DNA of 64,000 nt from a virus. Taxonomy: Duplodnaviria; Caudoviricetes. Positions 1 through 10,774 of this stretch are shown in pieces. The stretch covers positions 1 to 64,000 of the IMG/VR virus record IMGVR_UViG_3300047160_036126. One strand, given 5' to 3'. The notes under the pieces were generated by a model that was not told the origin of the DNA, did no database searches, and worked only from the letters and a program-made list of their open reading frames with translations. Numbering within the stretch: the first letter of the stretch is position 1; every line of letters starts with the position of its first letter. The position numbers and the translations under genes are program-made.

Positions 1-530
1 TCACTCTGCCATCTCCCTCTTGATGCGCTGAACGGTACCAGTACCGACGCCGCAGTCCTGCGCCGTCTTGTGAATTCCCCTTCCGGTGGCGAGCGAAGCG
101 CGGATCGCGGTCTCGATCTTGTGGCTCACTCGAGCCCGGCCAATTGGCTTGCCGCTTTTCGTCCCAGTCCTGCGCGCTCTCGCAATGCCAGCATGGATGC
201 GTTCTTGAAGGATCGCCCGTTCGAATTCCGCGAACACGCCCAACATCTGAAAGAGGGCCCGGCCGGCCGGTGTTGTCGTGTCGACCGCCTGCTTTTCGAG
301 ATAGAGGTCGCAGCCGACCGCGCTCAACTCGGCGAGAAAGCCGACCAAGTGCTGCAGCGAGCGCCCGAGCCGATCCACCGACCACGCCGCAACGATGTCG
401 ATCTTACGCGTCGTTGCTGCCTTCAATAGCCGATCGTAACCAGGTCGCTTATCGCGGCCTTTGGTGCCACTGATGCCATTGTCGACAGGCGAGGCGAGGG
501 GCTGTAAAGCGCGGATTTGCTCACCACGAG
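1..530 (-). pseudogene. Serine recombinase/resolvase, N-terminus damaged
   Basis: DRLGRS, GRALFQMLGVFAEFER and a C-terminal HTH. In-frame DNGISGTKGRDKRPG lies upstream of the ORF start. An ALY..RLST-like start sits in another frame, so the catalytic N-terminus is deleted or frameshifted. Confidence 0.8.
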
Positions 531-607
531 GCGGCCTGTTTTCAGATAGGGTTTTAGTACGGGGTCGCGCCTAATCAGGCGAGAGATAGTAGGATCGGCG
601 AGGCCGC

Positions 608-2200
608 CTAGCTCCCAAAGTTCGTGCGCCTCTTTAACATTTCGATTTGATCGACATAACGCGAGCGATCGACCGGGCGCTGATCACCATGCCACGGGTC
701 ATAATTGTAGGTATGGGTGCCTGCATTTCGACCCTGACCCGAGATCGTAGCATAGCACTCGGCGAATGGGTCGTACTCGTACTGATGCTGCGACCCAGCT
801 TTTTCCCATGGATACCGTGACGGCATCGCCGCCGACGGAGCCGGCATCATCTCGAGCCCACGGCCGATGAGGCTGCAAACGTCAACGCCGCATCGAACTT
901 GCCAGCCGGAAATCGCGTCAGCTGGCCGACGAGGTCGGCCTTCCATGGCGCCTCGACCGGAAGCATCACTTTGCCCATCGATGCCAGCGCCTGGAAGGAT
1001 CGCGCTCTGGCGGTCTTGTCCGTCGACGAGGGCAGCCACTCGATCCGGCAGTAGGCGCGGCGCTCGTTCATCCGATGCGTCAGGTAGGGCTTAACGCTCT
1101 TTTCGATGACTCCACGCTCACCGAACCAACAGACAGGCTGATGCCGAAGGATCAGGTCACACTGCCGATCGACCCAGATATCCGGAGCGGTTTGCCCACG
1201 CCACCAATCGAGAACGTAAAGATTGCCCAGCGGATCAACGCCGAAGATGCCGTGTTCGGTGTAGTCGCCGCCGCCCTCGGTTACCGCATAGTCAGAAGCC
1301 GCGTAGATCGTCATCGCAGGCGGCAGGTGCCGGTAATTCGAAAACCACTCCAGTTTGAAGTAGTCGCCCTCTTCGCTTGCCGGGCGCTGCTGATAGAGGG
1401 CGTTCCAGGCACGAACGTCCCGCTTGGCCTCCGCAACCATCTCTAGCGTGAACCATTCGGGCCACAGCCGCTCGCCAGGCTGGCGTCCGAGCGGGTCGTT
1501 GGGCATTGCTTCCATCGGTAGCTCCAGGACGCGCCACTTGTCCGCTTCGCGTTCAAGCAGTCGGCCGCCGAGGTCGTCTTCATGCCATCTGGTCATAATG
1601 AGAACCTGGCCCGCTCCTGGCTTCAGTCTGGGCTCGAAATCGTTGACGAACCAATCCCAGGTCGTCGCGCACGCCCGCTCGCTGTCGGCGTCCTCTCGAC
1701 CCCGTACTGGGTCATCGATAATCCCCAAATCCGCCCGACGCCCCGAGATCGCGCCCCCAATACCGGCCGCGTAATATTCGCCACCCGCTTCAGTCTCCCA
1801 TTCTCCAACTGACTTGCGATCAACAGCGACACCCACGCCAAAAACATTACGATGCGCCTCGGAACCAACGAGGTTGCGCACCCTTCTCCCGAAGCGTTCT
1901 GCGAGCACCTCGGTATGCGAGGCCGCGATTATCGAACGCTCGGGATGCCGGCCGAGATACCACGCGGCGAAGAGTACGCTGGCGTATGTCGATTTGGCTA
2001 CCGGGCGGCATGTAGATCATCAACTTCCGGCACTCACCGCGCTCCACCGCTTCGAGATGGTCAATGATTAAGCGATGGTGCGCCGCTGGCACAAAACCGA
2101 GATCGAGATACGCGATGTAGTCGACCAGGCTGTCCTTCGCCTCCTTGCGCCGCAGAAGTTCTTCAAGGAGTTGTTGCGGCGTCGCCGTCGTCTCCGACAT
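608..2200 (-). pseudogene. Terminase large subunit, two frameshifts (~1996, ~890)
   Basis: Pieces 1847-2200 (MPPGS|KSTY Walker A), 847-1908 (IIDDP Walker B, ASDYA RuvC-like) and 608-1039 (FD|GVDVCSLIGRG) join into one TerL. Confidence 0.9.
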
Positions 2201-2586
2201 CAGTGCACCGCCAACGGTTCGTCAGGAAGTGGCAGCGCAGGCACAGTCACGTCAGCGTCTTCCGATGGCTCTATTCCCAATGCCGCCAACGCTATCAAGA
2301 TCTCCGCCGTCGACAACTCCCGCACCTCACCACTGATCCTAATGTTGGCGCTGGTCTCTGGCCGCCCCCATGCCCGATCAAGGATCGTCTCGGCAGCGCG
2401 GACGCGAGCAGAGTGCGGCGCAGCTTTGTCGCGCATCACCGACGCCAATGTCTGAATCGCCTCTCGGGTAAGTCCGCGAGCCATCTCCTTGACATCGGCC
2501 GGAATTTTCTGTCGGCCGGAAGGGTTGCCGGACTGGCCCTTCGGGAATGGTCGCAGATTGGCAAGGCGGCGGTCAGTAGGGGACAT
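2200..2586 (-). CDS. Terminase small subunit-like (DUF5681 family)
   Basis: PFPKGQSGNPSGR...ILDRAWGRP; stop overlaps terL start. Confidence 0.8.
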   Translation of the reverse strand: MSPTDRRLANLRPFPKGQSGNPSGRQKIPADVKEMARGLTREAIQTLASVMRDKAAPHSARVRAAETILDRAWGRPETSANIRISGEVRELSTAEILIALAALGIEPSEDADVTVPALPLPDEPLAVH

Positions 2587-2962
2587 AGTTGTCACTGTAC
2601 CATTCACTGCTTCCAGTGGCGTTGACTGCCGATATGCGCCGGGTTGGGGTCGGGCACAAGAGGTTGCGCTGGTTGTATTCACAGCGAATACCAGGACACG
2701 CAGGTTGGCGATTGCGCAGCCGCTGGCGTTGTGGGTTAGTCATCGCCGGACCGTTTGGGCTTTGTGCGACTCGCGCGCACGCGCGCATGAAACCACCAAC
2801 TTTAGCACCTTCACACCATCCCGCCGGGAAGATGCTAAAAAAGTGTGTGGTAAGGGAGCCTTTGGCACCTTGCCAAAAACCGGCGGAAATCCTGCGCTTT
2901 TCGACTTCGACGAGTTAGCATCTTGCAGACCCGTTAGCATCTTGCTGTAGCCCAGTAACATG

Positions 2963-4785
2963 CTAATCGGCCGCCAAGGTGCTAGGCTCCGGGAGAGACC
3001 ACACCCAGACCTTGCGGTCTCTTTTCGGTCGAATTCCGAGTGCCTTTTGCGCTAGTCGAACGGTGCCCCAGGAATGGCCGAAAGCTACCGCGGCCTCCTG
3101 CAGCTCCCTTTGCGGCTTGGCTCCGGCCACAAGTTGTTCACGCAAGAATGCAGCCGCTTCGGCTTGCGCGCTGCGCTTTGTTGCGTCGAGGAGTTCTCGA
3201 GGTGAGCCGGTTAGCTTCGCGCCCCAGTCAACCCGTTGAGCAAAGAAGTCATCATAGCCGAGCAGCGGAGCTTGAAATAACGTGTATTCAAAGCCGCCGC
3301 CATTGGGACCGATATTGGAGGCGATCCGTGCGAGGCGTCGCTGCCAGCCATCCTCATCGGCGCTAGTACCCCAGACGCATCGGGGTAATGCGCCAAATGC
3401 GAGTGAGCCGGTAACGCGTTCGACGGGATCACGATCAGCGGTCCCTTTGGTGAAATGTGTAATTCCCAGGAGGGCAATGCCTTGCTCCTCGGCGAAATCA
3501 ACCAACGGCTGCAGGCCGCGCCGTGTCTCTGAATTCTTGTGACTGTCGGATTTCGAAGGAAGTGCTAGAACTACCGGATCGATGATACATAACAGGGGAT
3601 TGGGCAGGCTGGCGGCGAGGTCAATAAGTGCCGGAACATCGATACTGGGATCGAACGGTCTCGTCCCGGTGGAGGTTATGATCTCACGGACGGGATAGAT
3701 GCGTCCGCGATCCCCGCCCGCACCGACGAAGCGCGGGAGGATTGTGTCTTCGATGTTATCTTCGCCGCTCCAGACGATTACGTCTCCGAGCGGAGCAGGG
3801 GCGGCATCTGGCCATTTGGCGCCGGGCGCAGTCAGCCGAGCCCCCAAATCATAGGCGACTGTTGACTTCCCCGCTCCTTTAGAGCCGGCAATGAGGTGAA
3901 ACTTGCCGCGCGCCAACCATCCCTTCCACAGCCAATCGATCCTTTTCATCTCGAAGTCCTTGCCGCTTTTAATTGGCAGTCCCGGGCTGCAGGCGTTATG
4001 ACCGTTCGGTTTAGGATCGGCGCGGCGCTTGAACGGCTCGGACGACTCAATCAGCGTTTCGAGGTCGCTTTGCGTCGCATTGGTATTGTGATCGAGCCAG
4101 TCACTCACATCGCCCTTCTGTGACAACCCCGGCAGCTCGATAGTGCGGACGCTGGAAGCTATCGAGCAGAGATTGCAGCAACCTCCTGCGCGTGCTTTCG
4201 ACCGGCGTCGTCGTTGTCGGGAAGGATGACGACATCGAAGCCGACAAAATACCCGTTGTAATCGGGGCGCCACTTGCCGGCGCCTCCGGGATTAGTTGTC
4301 GCGAGCAGATCCCATTGCGCCCTCAGGCGATCGGCATCTTTCTCACCTTCGACAACGTAAACGCGCGGCGGATGGCCGTTGCGTTTGTCTCTGGCTGCAA
4401 CCAACTCCGGCAGACGATACGGAACCTTGCGCACCCCGTCCGTATTCCAGATCCGCCCGCCCGCTCCGTCAGGCCGACATTGGCGAAAACCTTTCGGGGA
4501 CAACCGGCAGACCTGAAACAGCAGCTTTCCGCCCTCGTCGCAGTAATCGTAGCTGGTGACGATATCGGCGCGCTGGAGGCTTTCACTCAGCAAATTGCGG
4601 CGCCGAAGCTCGGCGAGCACGTCTTTGCTGTCGCATTCAGGGTGGAAGCAGTGAACCAACAACTTGCCATCATGACCATCAGCGAGCGTGAGACTGACGC
4701 CATCATGCACCGGGCAGCGGCATCGCCAATTGCGGCCCTCACGCGTGGCGTTGCCGAGCGCAATGGCAATTTCTTGCGCGTTCAC
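2963..4785 (-). pseudogene. Primase (CxxH zinc finger + TOPRIM)-AAA helicase fusion, frameshift ~4175
   Basis: CRCPVHD, VVEGEKDAD, ILPDNDDAG, KGDVSDWL, then Walker A GSKGAGKS and Walker B IIDP, ITHFTK; a 1-nt shift joins ORFs 4159-4785 and 2963-4273. Confidence 0.88.
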
Positions 4786-4946
4786 GACGCTGCCGTGATG
4801 CCGAGCCGAACGAACCGCATGGAAACCTCGGGGTCGAGGTGCCTGCGGATTTCGGTTTCGAGTGCTACATCGAGTTGCTCAGTCCGCGTCCGGGTACGGC
4901 GGTCGCGCTTTATCGTACCCGCACCATAAACTTTAGCGACGCTCAT
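4782..4946 (-). CDS. Small ORF (54 aa), possible gene remnant
   Basis: MSVAKVYGAGTIKRDRRTRTRTEQLD...; overlaps ssb stop and primase start (coupled). Confidence 0.45.
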   Translation of the reverse strand: MSVAKVYGAGTIKRDRRTRTRTEQLDVALETEIRRHLDPEVSMRFVRLGITAAS

Positions 4947-5419
4947 TGGATCGGGCCATTCCAGAGATCGTCGAGGCGATCCGCCGGCAGGTCCGGGATA
5001 GGCGCCGATTTGTTGCGGTTAGGCGGTCCGGCTCGACGCCGGCCGCAGAGCGGCGGAGCATGGGTGCGACTTCGTTGCGGTCGTACCGGAGCGTCGGTAA
5101 CGCCTGGGCGGTCGTATGTCGTCTTAACTGACAAAAGCGACTCTGTCACCAGGCTCCAGCCAGTGCGCGTCTCGCCATCGCGCCCCTCGAACGTCGACCT
5201 GGTGAGGGGCCCCATCGCGCTGATGAGATCACCCTTGGCATGCTGCGCCAACGCTTCGGCGGCTGTGCCGAAGGCGACGAGTGAAATCCACTCGGTGGCC
5301 TCCTCGCCTGGCTTGCCAACATCGACGGCCAGCGAGACCGTTGTCATCGGTTTGCCGTTTCGGGTTTCGCGCTGTTTGGGATCGCCGCCGCAGCGGCCGA
5401 TAATCGAGGCGCGGATCAC
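4943..5419 (-). CDS. ssb: Single-stranded DNA-binding protein (OB fold)
   Basis: IIGRCGGDP, TEWISLVAFG, KGDLISAMG; GTG start after GAGGA. Confidence 0.8.
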   Translation of the reverse strand: MIRASIIGRCGGDPKQRETRNGKPMTTVSLAVDVGKPGEEATEWISLVAFGTAAEALAQHAKGDLISAMGPLTRSTFEGRDGETRTGWSLVTESLLSVKTTYDRPGVTDAPVRPQRSRTHAPPLCGRRRAGPPNRNKSAPIPDLPADRLDDLWNGPIQ

Positions 5420-5683
5420 CGCACTGTCCTCAGCTGAGAGGACTGTCCTCTGATGTGAGGACACCATTCGTCCTCACCCGAGAGGACATCTGTTGGGGAA
5501 TAACTCTTGCGCTGTGCTGCGCGCGGGGATATATCCAACACGTTCTGTGTGTCCTTGTTGACGGCTCGGCCCAGCACTACCTCGCCGAGTTGAAGAAGTT
5601 AGAGACGCCGCCGGAAGGGCATCCGGCTGCGTCTTTTTCATTCACCTCATTGGTTCGAACTCCAATGGAGTCGTTGTCATAAC

Positions 5684-5977
5684 TCAGTCGCCCTCAGCGG
5701 CCGCTAGGGGCATATTGCCACAGAGCGGCGTGGATCTTGATCTCCGATGGCGTCGGAAGCTCGGGGGCTCCACGAGCGATGTCCTCGGCCCGGCGCCCAG
5801 CCAATCGTTGCCGGTAACCTGTCCGTCAGTGATTTCGAAAATACGGCGTTGCGTCTCAACGGTCGGGTTGCGCTCGCCTCGGCGCAGACGACTAATATGT
5901 GACGGATTAACGCCGAGTCTCTTTGCGACGTCCCTTTCATACAGCCGATTAACCCTCACCCATTCGTCGAAAGTCAT
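5684..5977 (-). CDS. Cro-like XRE HTH regulator
   Basis: VAKRLGVNPSHISRLRRGERNP...ITDGQVTGND. Confidence 0.8.
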   Translation of the reverse strand: MTFDEWVRVNRLYERDVAKRLGVNPSHISRLRRGERNPTVETQRRIFEITDGQVTGNDWLGAGPRTSLVEPPSFRRHRRSRSTPLCGNMPLAAAEGD

Positions 5978-6083
5978 CGTGCCTCTTGAGCCAGCTTATT
6001 CGCCAATCTGCCTCCTTGACATGCATTCGTCACGGAACAAACTTGCACTTGCCTGCCACTTCGTTGATCGACAAGTTTTCGTT

Positions 6084-6467
6084 ATGTCGGAGAGCGGCTC
6101 ACCGCTAATTAAGGAATGGCGGAGATTTCGTGGTCTTAGCCAGGTCGAGCTTGCTCGGCAGGTCGAGGTAGATCCAACAGTCGTCAGTCGATACGAATCG
6201 GGAAGCCGCAGCCCACGGGCGGCTATCCTCCGACGCCTAGCGGCCGTTCTAACCGGAGGATCCGTGCCCGCCCTATACACGCCACCTGCGCACGGCGATC
6301 CTGTAATCCGAGATATCGAAGAAATCATCACTTCCGCCGAAGCCGGTCCCGCGGCGGGCTTATCGCCGCGCGACCTCTATCGCCTCATCAATTTATGGGC
6401 CGAGGCCACCCCCGCGCAGCGCCGCGCATTCATCCAGATTCTGGAAATTATCATGGCTATACGCTAA
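6084..6467 (+). CDS. XRE-family repressor, divergent from Cro-like gene
   Basis: IKEWRRFRGLSQVELARQVEVDPTVVSRYESGSRSP. Confidence 0.82.
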   Translation: MSESGSPLIKEWRRFRGLSQVELARQVEVDPTVVSRYESGSRSPRAAILRRLAAVLTGGSVPALYTPPAHGDPVIRDIEEIITSAEAGPAAGLSPRDLYRLINLWAEATPAQRRAFIQILEIIMAIR

Positions 6468-6916
6468 AGGGTGTCTTGACGTATCTATGTCCTGATGGCA
6501 TCTCTCAATGCCACCAGCACCCACCGATGCCTGCCGCGAAATGACCGAATCCGAAATTTTAAACACTTACTCAAATCGCCGAGCGCATGCACTTCAGCGA
6601 GCGCAAGCCACGTCGGGTCACCGCCGTCAAGGCAGCCCATACCGACAAATCGACGTACGGTCCACGGGCCGCGCGAACACCAGCGAGGATGGCGGCACGG
6701 CGGCAGTGATAATCAAGCGAGTTACGGAATTCGCGAAAGAGGCCGAGAAGACAACGTCTGATGGGAGCACAGTCGTCACAGAGGATCGACGTCAGAGGCG
6801 AGAGCGTCCCCGCCGGCAAAAGCCGTGATTGCGACCCAGATGAACTGAACGGCGGATCACAACAATGACCGGCGCAATCACACGGACGAAGAACCGGCGA
6901 GAGATAGCCCGCGCTG

Positions 6917-9475
6917 ATGTTTGAGCCTCGTAAGCGCCAATCTCGGCTCCTCGAGCGGATGGCATTCAAGATCTCCCGTCTTGCCGAGTTCTGCGGCGAG
7001 AAAGAGCTTGTTGCGCAGACCGGTCACGCAAAAGAGGACTGGCCGCTCGTCATTCTCAAAGAACTCGTCGACAATGCGCTGGACGCAGCTGAAGAAGCCG
7101 CGATCGCGTCGGAAATCAGTATCGAGGTATCTACCGAACGCGGCGACATCGTGATCACCGACAACGGTCCAGGTATTCCCGCAGAGACGGTTGAGGGCGT
7201 GCTCGATTATACCAGCCGGGTTTCGAGCCGCGAGGCCTATGTCTCGCCGACGCGCGGCGCGCAGGGCAACGCTCTCAAAACGATTGTGGCCATGCCGTTC
7301 GCACTCGATGGCACCCGCGCCACCACCGTGATCGAGGCGCATGGAATCAGCTGCCGCATCATCTTTGAGATGGACCCGGTTCGGCGCGAACCGAGAGTGC
7401 TGCGTGAGATTTCCGACTCGCTTGTACAAAACGGCACGCGGATCACGATGCGCTGGCCGGATTCAGCAAGCTCAGTGCTCGAAGACGCGCGAGGCGCCTT
7501 TGTACAAATGGCCGCCGGCTTCACGACATTGAACCCGCACTTGACTCTTTCGGTTGTGTGGAACGGCGAGCGGGTCGTGACCGTGTCGGCGACCAAGCCG
7601 GACTGGCGAAAGTGGCGGGCCTGCGATCCGACGAGCGCGCACTGGTATGACGCCGAGCGGTTCGGCCGATACATTGCAGCCCATATTGCCCATGATGAGG
7701 ACAGAGGACATCCCGGGCGTACTGTCCGCGAATTCATTGCCGAGCTGCGCGGACTGACGAGAAGTGACAAGCAGAAAGCCGTGTTGGCAGAGGTCGGCGC
7801 GTCGGGTGTATCGCTCTCGGTGTTTTTCAGGGAAAGCAATGTCAATGCATTACTGACTGCCTGTAAGAATGCCACGAAACCGGTGAAGCCCGACGAACTC
7901 GGCCTGATCGGAGCGGGCCCCCTTTTAGAACATTGCACAATAGTCGGCGCCGCTGAAGAAAGCTTCCAATATAGGAAGCAGCTCGGACTGACCCCGGGCG
8001 GCCTGCCTTACGCGGTCGAGGTCGCTTTCGCCTATTGTCCCGATAACAGAACTCGCCGACTCGTCACTGGCGTCAATTTCTCGGTCGGCATCCGCAATCC
8101 ATTCCAGCAGCTCGGGCCTTTCGAAAGCCTCTCCAGTCTGCTCGTCGAAAGGAGATCTGGGCCCGACGAGCCGGTCGTGCTCGTGCTGCATTACACGCGT
8201 GTCGATTATACGGACCGGGGAAAGTCGATGATCAGCTTGCCATGGAGCGTCGGCCAAGCGATCAGAGATCTCATCGAGAACGTCACCAAACACTGGTATG
8301 CGCAGCGCAAGCGGGAAGAAAGGGAGGAGTCGCGGAAATACGAGCGCAGTGACCGCCTGCTCGCAAGCCAGAAAGTCTCGATCAAGGACGCGGCCTGGGA
8401 AGGTATGGAGGACGCCTATCTGAAGGCCAGCGGCGGAGGCGCATTGCCGGCAAAACCCCGCCAGATCATGTACGCGGCACGGCCAAAGATTCTCGCGCTT
8501 ACGGGCAAAGAGACACTCGACGATGCCTATTTCACTCAGATACTGCTCGTCGATTACATCAACGAACACCCAAAGCGCTGCGCGAACTGGGATATCATAT
8601 GGGACGCGCGCGGCACCCTTTAGCGAGCCGCACACCAACCGACAGATCCCACTTGGCACTCTAGAGGTGCGCCAGTATCTGGGTGAGCGGCCTCGCTTCG
8701 GATCGACCGTCAATATCGCCTTTGAAGACCTTTTCCCAACAAGCGGTCCCGAGAACCGCTTCGACAGTATCCTGTTTGTCGAGAAGGAGGGGTTTGAGCC
8801 TCTGTTCGAGGCTGTCGGCATCGCCCGGCGCTTCGATATCGGGATCATGTCGACCAAGGGCATGAGCGTCACGGCCTCGCGCCTCTTGATCGATCGGCTC
8901 TCCCACTCGGTACGGCGGATATTGGTGTTGCATGACTTCGATGTGACGGGCTTCAGCATCTTCGGGACGCTCGGAGCCAGCAATCGCCGCTACCGATTTG
9001 AGAACGTCGCGCCCCTCATCGATATCGGCTTGCGGCTCAGCGATGCACAAGCAATGAACCTGGAGTCGGAGCCAGTTGCAGTTTCCGGCAATTGGCGAAA
9101 GCGCGCTGCGACGCTCCGCCCCACGGCGCCAGGGAGGACGAAATTACGTTCCTACGCAATCGCCGAGTCGAGCTGAACGCGATGACATCCCGCCAGTTCA
9201 TCGACTTCGTCGAGGCCAGGTTCGCCGAGCACGGGGTCACAAAGCTGATCCCGAACGATGCCGTGCTCGAAAAACATGCCCGCCGAGTAATCGAACAACA
9301 GATGACCGAGCGCGTGATCGCAACGGCATCAGAGCAGATCGCTAAACGGGCGCAAGAGACAGGACTGCCGACGGATTTGCGTCCGCGCATCGAAGAGGCG
9401 CTGAACGAACATTCTGAACTGTCATGGGATGCGGCAGTTGCGCGGGTCGTGCGGTCGTACGCTCAGCAAACATGA
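6917..9475 (+). pseudogene. Fused GHKL ATPase + TopoVIA/Spo11-like WHD-TOPRIM (topoisomerase VIII-like), frameshifts ~8617 and ~9120
   Basis: KELVDNALDA, TDNGPGI, RGAQGNALK (Bergerat fold); RQIMYAAR (putative catalytic Tyr); FVEKEG and HDFD (TOPRIM); three ORFs join into ~850 aa. Confidence 0.8.
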
Positions 9476-9497
9476 GCCTCAGGCGCCATTATAGATC

Positions 9498-9596
9498 ATG
9501 TCCCGCCGCCCCACGACCTTCCGCCAACGCGACCTCACTGCCGCCGTCAAGGGCGTGGTCGGGGCAGGGCTCGCGGTTATACGGAAGCTGCCATGA
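9498..9596 (+). pseudogene. Short remnant of small integrative-element protein
   Basis: MSRRPTTFRQRDLTAAVKGVVGAGLAV, 32 aa; coupled to next ORF. Confidence 0.4.
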
Positions 9597-9793
9597 GCCG
9601 CACCGCCGTCAGTTGCTTGCCGCCCTCTTTACCACCCCGCGGCCTCTCACGGGGACAGGCGGCCGAATACATTGGCGTGGGCGTGACAAAATTCGACGAA
9701 TTGGTCAATGATGGCCGCATGCCCGATGCCTTCAAACTCCGGCCGCGGCGCCGGGCATTGCCGCATGTGACCAGCGGGTCATGGCCAGGGTGA
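9593..9793 (+). pseudogene. Excisionase/AlpA-like HTH, C-terminus apparently replaced
   Basis: PPRGLSRGQAAEYIGVGVTKFDELVNDGRMP, then the resemblance stops. Confidence 0.65.
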
Positions 9794-9885
9794 TGTGATG
9801 CGGGCTCGCCGCGTGCGCCCGCAACGCGTCGTAGGCTTGCAGCATGTCGCCGATGTTGAAGGCGGCGCGCGCAGGTTCGGCCCGC

Positions 9886-9949
9886 GGGATACCTTGGGGA
9901 TACCTACAACTGTCCGCAGCGCTATCTATCTTCCGATAAGCCATTGATT
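9886..9949 (-). promoter_or_regulatory. Putative integrase arm repeats and IHF site
   Basis: Direct repeat GGGATACC (9886-9893, 9897-9904); minus-strand AATCAATGGCTTA (9949-9937) fits WATCAANNNNTTR. Confidence 0.6.
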
Positions 9950-9952
9950 TGA

Positions 9953-10000
9953 TGGGTGGGTGCACAAGGACTCGAACCTTGGACCCGCTGATTAAGAGTC
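9953..10000 (-). other. att-like core: 3' half of tRNA-Lys(CTT)
   Basis: Minus strand GACTCTTAATCAGCGGGTCCAAGGTTCGAGTCCTTGTGCACCCACC; no D-arm or 5' acceptor strand upstream. Confidence 0.85.
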
Positions 10001-10692
10001 CGTACACTCATCTTAAGGCGGATTCGGGAAAGCGACCTTGATTTCGCTTACGTCTGACGAAAGGCGGGCACTTCCATACATACTGTTATCCTAATGCGGC
10101 CACACTGGGGGTCGAGGACTCAAAAAACCATTTACAGTGGGATCCACCGGATCCAACCCATCAAGCTGCAGAATGAAGTCTCTTCGTCTTCCGTAAACGA
10201 AGGATCGCAAACCCTATGGAGTTTGACCGGTTCTTCAACCGTCAGCGCGCGGTCTCTCCTTAGCCGACCGGCTGCGTTTTCCATGACGATGCCACTCTGA
10301 CCGGAGCCGCGGGATTGAAGAGTGTCGAACACGGCGCGTGCGAAGGCGGACCTCCGGCCCTCCCCCACATCGCGCCTCGGGTGATTGTCTGCTTCAGCGT
10401 CGGCCGTTATGGCCGGTCTCGGTCCCGAATCATTCGACCACTCGTTAGTGGAGGTGGAACTGAGTAGCGTTGATCGGAGTTGCGCAATCATTTTGAGGCA
10501 ATTCACCACGTCAGCCGTGTTCCGCGCATGAGGCGCTCGTTCCAAGAGCAACTCGTTCGCTTCGGAGACGTCAAATCGCCGCTCGAGCCGTTCGCGGAAA
10601 TGGCCCCTTAAAGGGGCCGATCCCGTCGCGCGAGAAGCCGATGGGCGCGGTGCCGACCCCGGTGCTTCCCTATTGCTTCCTCTGAAAGCAAC

Positions 10693-10720
10693 AGGGCCTA
10701 GCCGTTTCCAACTAAGCCCT
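10693..10720 (-). terminator. Hairpin downstream of tRNA-Ala remnant
   Basis: AGGGCTTAG-10nt-CTAGGCCCT stem on minus strand. Confidence 0.5.
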
Positions 10721-10729
10721 TGAGTTAAT

Positions 10730-10774
10730 TGGTGGAGCCAACCGGGATCGAACCGGTGACCTCTACAATGCCAT
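10730..10774 (-). other. attR-like core: 3' half of tRNA-Ala(GGC)
   Basis: Minus strand ATGGCATTGTAGAGGTCACCGGTTCGATCCCGGTTGGCTCCACCA; 5' half absent. Confidence 0.85.

Larger units (their letters stand above)
1..10000. mobile_element. Decaying phage-satellite-like/cryptic integrative element (left end may lie outside the window)
   Basis: Resolvase, terS/terL, primase-helicase, ssb, divergent XRE pair, xis-like ORF; att-like tRNA-Lys fragment at right end; many frameshifts; no capsid genes in window. Confidence 0.7.

Noticed and set aside
6495-6969. ORFs or repeat array upstream of the topo-like gene
   Set aside because: Several overlapping low-complexity ORFs; no periodic repeat found
7925-8983. 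352-aa minus-strand ORF
   Set aside because: Antisense shadow of the topo VIII-like gene
9953-10774. Two intact tRNA genes
   Set aside because: Only anticodon-to-CCA halves are present, with no D-arm or 5' acceptor strand; treated as att cores
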